A stretch of DNA of 64,000 nucleotides, taken from positions 8,742-72,741 of the IMG/VR virus record IMGVR_UViG_3300033121_000370. One strand, written 5' to 3'. The stretch is from a virus. Its lineage: Duplodnaviria; Caudoviricetes. A model generated the notes under the pieces. It did no database searches and was not told where the DNA came from. It saw only the letters and a program-made list of their open reading frames with translations. The translations under genes were made by a program, and so were the position numbers. Positions 62,550 through 64,000 of the stretch are shown in pieces. Within the stretch, counting starts at the first letter, position 1; every line of letters begins with the position of its first letter.

Positions 62550-64000
62550 TCACTCAAGCCCCCAATATGCCAGCTTGAAGGCGTAGCTTGCACTTGCAGC
62601 TCCGCGCATAAGCTGAGAGTCGTGCGCCCCGTCTGGCGTTGCCACAAAGTCAACGCGCCATTTGGTCGGCTCCGTCGCGTCACGGCAGATAGCATCCGCG
62701 TCTGGATACTGCCAGTCCGATACGATTGTTCCATCCCGGATATAGGCGTTCACCTCATCGCGGCGTTCGCCAACTCCGAAGCCGGAGCGCGGCGTCTGGT
62801 TAGCCAATGTTGCCCAAGAGTCCGTTGAGTTTGTGCGGCAGATAATTGGACATACCGCTACTTCCATCCCAAGACCGCGAAGATGATTGGCAATCGTCTT
62901 GATGTTGGTCTTAATCTGGGCGGCAGTGTCAGCCGTAGTATTGATGTCGTTTGTTCCAACAGCCAAGAGCGCATGGGTGAACAGATTTGCGTAATCAGCA
63001 ATTAGGCCGTACATCTTCGGATAAGAAGCCGCCAGATTGTCTAGCGTCCGCGCCACCGCAGAGCCAATGCCGAAGTTCGCCACGCCGCAGCGGTTATTCA
63101 GGCCAATCTCATAAAGACCTTGGTTCTGATTTGCGTCTGAAACAAGTGCATTTCCGTTCCCTCTAACAATACTGTCACCCATCATAAGGAGCGACTTAAC
63201 TGGTGTGCTCGGAATGCCGGAGATAATTGAGCTTGAATAGCAGCGAAGGTCAGACGTTAAGCTGAGAAGCGAATGGCCATAGACAATATTGATGGACGGA
63301 GTAACCCACGCAGCGAGGCCGCTGGGCGGGGTTCCGCTGGTCAGCGTCATGCCAGTTACCACGCCACCAGAAACCTGAGCAGTGCCAACTTGCTTTGAAT
63401 ACATTACGCCATCAGCGCCGACCTCATACCCCATTACGTAAGCCGTAGCTGTGTAGCCAGACCCGCCAGTGACAAGGTTAAGTGCAGAAATATCAGCCCC
63501 GGTTACAGTAGCCGTACCAGTTGCGCCCATGCCAAGGCTTCCAGTAGCGAAGTTAATCGCTGTGTCTGTTCCAGATACAAAGAACTCTCCCCATACGTCG
63601 TTCGTGACCTGAGAGCCGGGGTAGTTATACGCCCCGGTAGACGGGCCAAGCATTCTAACCCGTTCAAAGAACAGCGCCCCGGCGGGAAGGGTGAGGCCAG
63701 CAACAGCGTCACTCTCGACGTAGGCTCCGGCGGCGATGTCAACGCTACTTGCCCCGCCAAATGTTACCGGGTAAAGGGTTCCGTTATATTCGATGCTGGC
63801 TTCAATCGTCACTGTCGGGGTAGTCGCATAGCTGTCTGTGGAACTGGTACTCGCCCAATTCACAAACACCAGCTTAATAGCGGAGAAGTTGGCATTTGAC
63901 GCTACCCGGTGAGCCTTCTTATAATTTCTGACGTAATCAGTTGTTCTAGTTGTCTCAAGCTGATACGGAAGCACCATAGCGTTAGCGACTAGGCCGCGTG
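62550..64000 (-). CDS. SGNH/GDSL hydrolase-domain protein (probable virion-associated esterase), 5' end outside the window
   Basis: MMGDSIVRG (Ser), NFGIGS (Gly), AVGTND (Asn), DGAH (Asp-x-x-His). The frame stays open upstream of the ATG at 63977 to the window edge (RGLVANAMVLP). Confidence 0.8.
   Translation of the reverse strand, partial: RGLVANAMVLPYQLETTRTTDYVRNYKKAHRVASNANFSAIKLVFVNWASTSSTDSYATTPTVTIEASIEYNGTLYPVTFGGASSVDIAAGAYVESDAVAGLTLPAGALFFERVRMLGPSTGAYNYPGSQVTNDVWGEFFVSGTDTAINFATGSLGMGATGTATVTGADISALNLVTGGSGYTATAYVMGYEVGADGVMYSKQVGTAQVSGGVVTGMTLTSGTPPSGLAAWVTPSINIVYGHSLLSLTSDLRCYSSSIISGIPSTPVKSLLMMGDSIVRGNGNALVSDANQNQGLYEIGLNNRCGVANFGIGSAVARTLDNLAASYPKMYGLIADYANLFTHALLAVGTNDINTTADTAAQIKTNIKTIANHLRGLGMEVAVCPIICRTNSTDSWATLANQTPRSGFGVGERRDEVNAYIRDGTIVSDWQYPDADAICRDATEPTKWRVDFVATPDGAHDSQLMRGAASASYAFKLAYWGLE

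Overview
This window is a large part of a lytic dsDNA podovirus-like phage genome with T7-like replication genes. No phage RNA polymerase and no integrase are present in the window. There are two opposed arms. The minus strand at 1-3709 carries terS, a split or frameshifted intein-containing terL, and the start of a probable portal gene. A ~1.3 kb repeat-rich non-coding gap follows. The plus-strand arm (5036-37503) carries small accessory genes, then replication and nucleotide metabolism genes (primase-helicase with intein, PolA, SSB, thioredoxin, exo- and endonuclease, thymidine kinase, class II RNR with intein). The minus-strand late arm (37448-64000) carries lysis genes, a glycosyl/methyl/radical-SAM cluster, internal virion proteins including a 2380-aa polyvalent protein, and tail and adaptor proteins. 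The most striking content is a dispersed RNA-repair and tRNA-mimic suite: a cyclic-phosphate receiver-type protein, RtcB, Ro60/TROVE preceded by three tandem Y-RNA-like hairpins (one a clear YrlA), several non-canonical tRNA-like or structured RNAs, an ArfA-like micro-ORF, an ATP-dependent RNA ligase, a metallophosphoesterase and an initiator-like tRNA-Met. Also notable are the terL intein broken after ~30 residues, a Gln-terminated RNR intein, and a pentapeptide-repeat/amidoligase fusion. All family calls come from motif recognition by eye; no database searches or folding programs were run.
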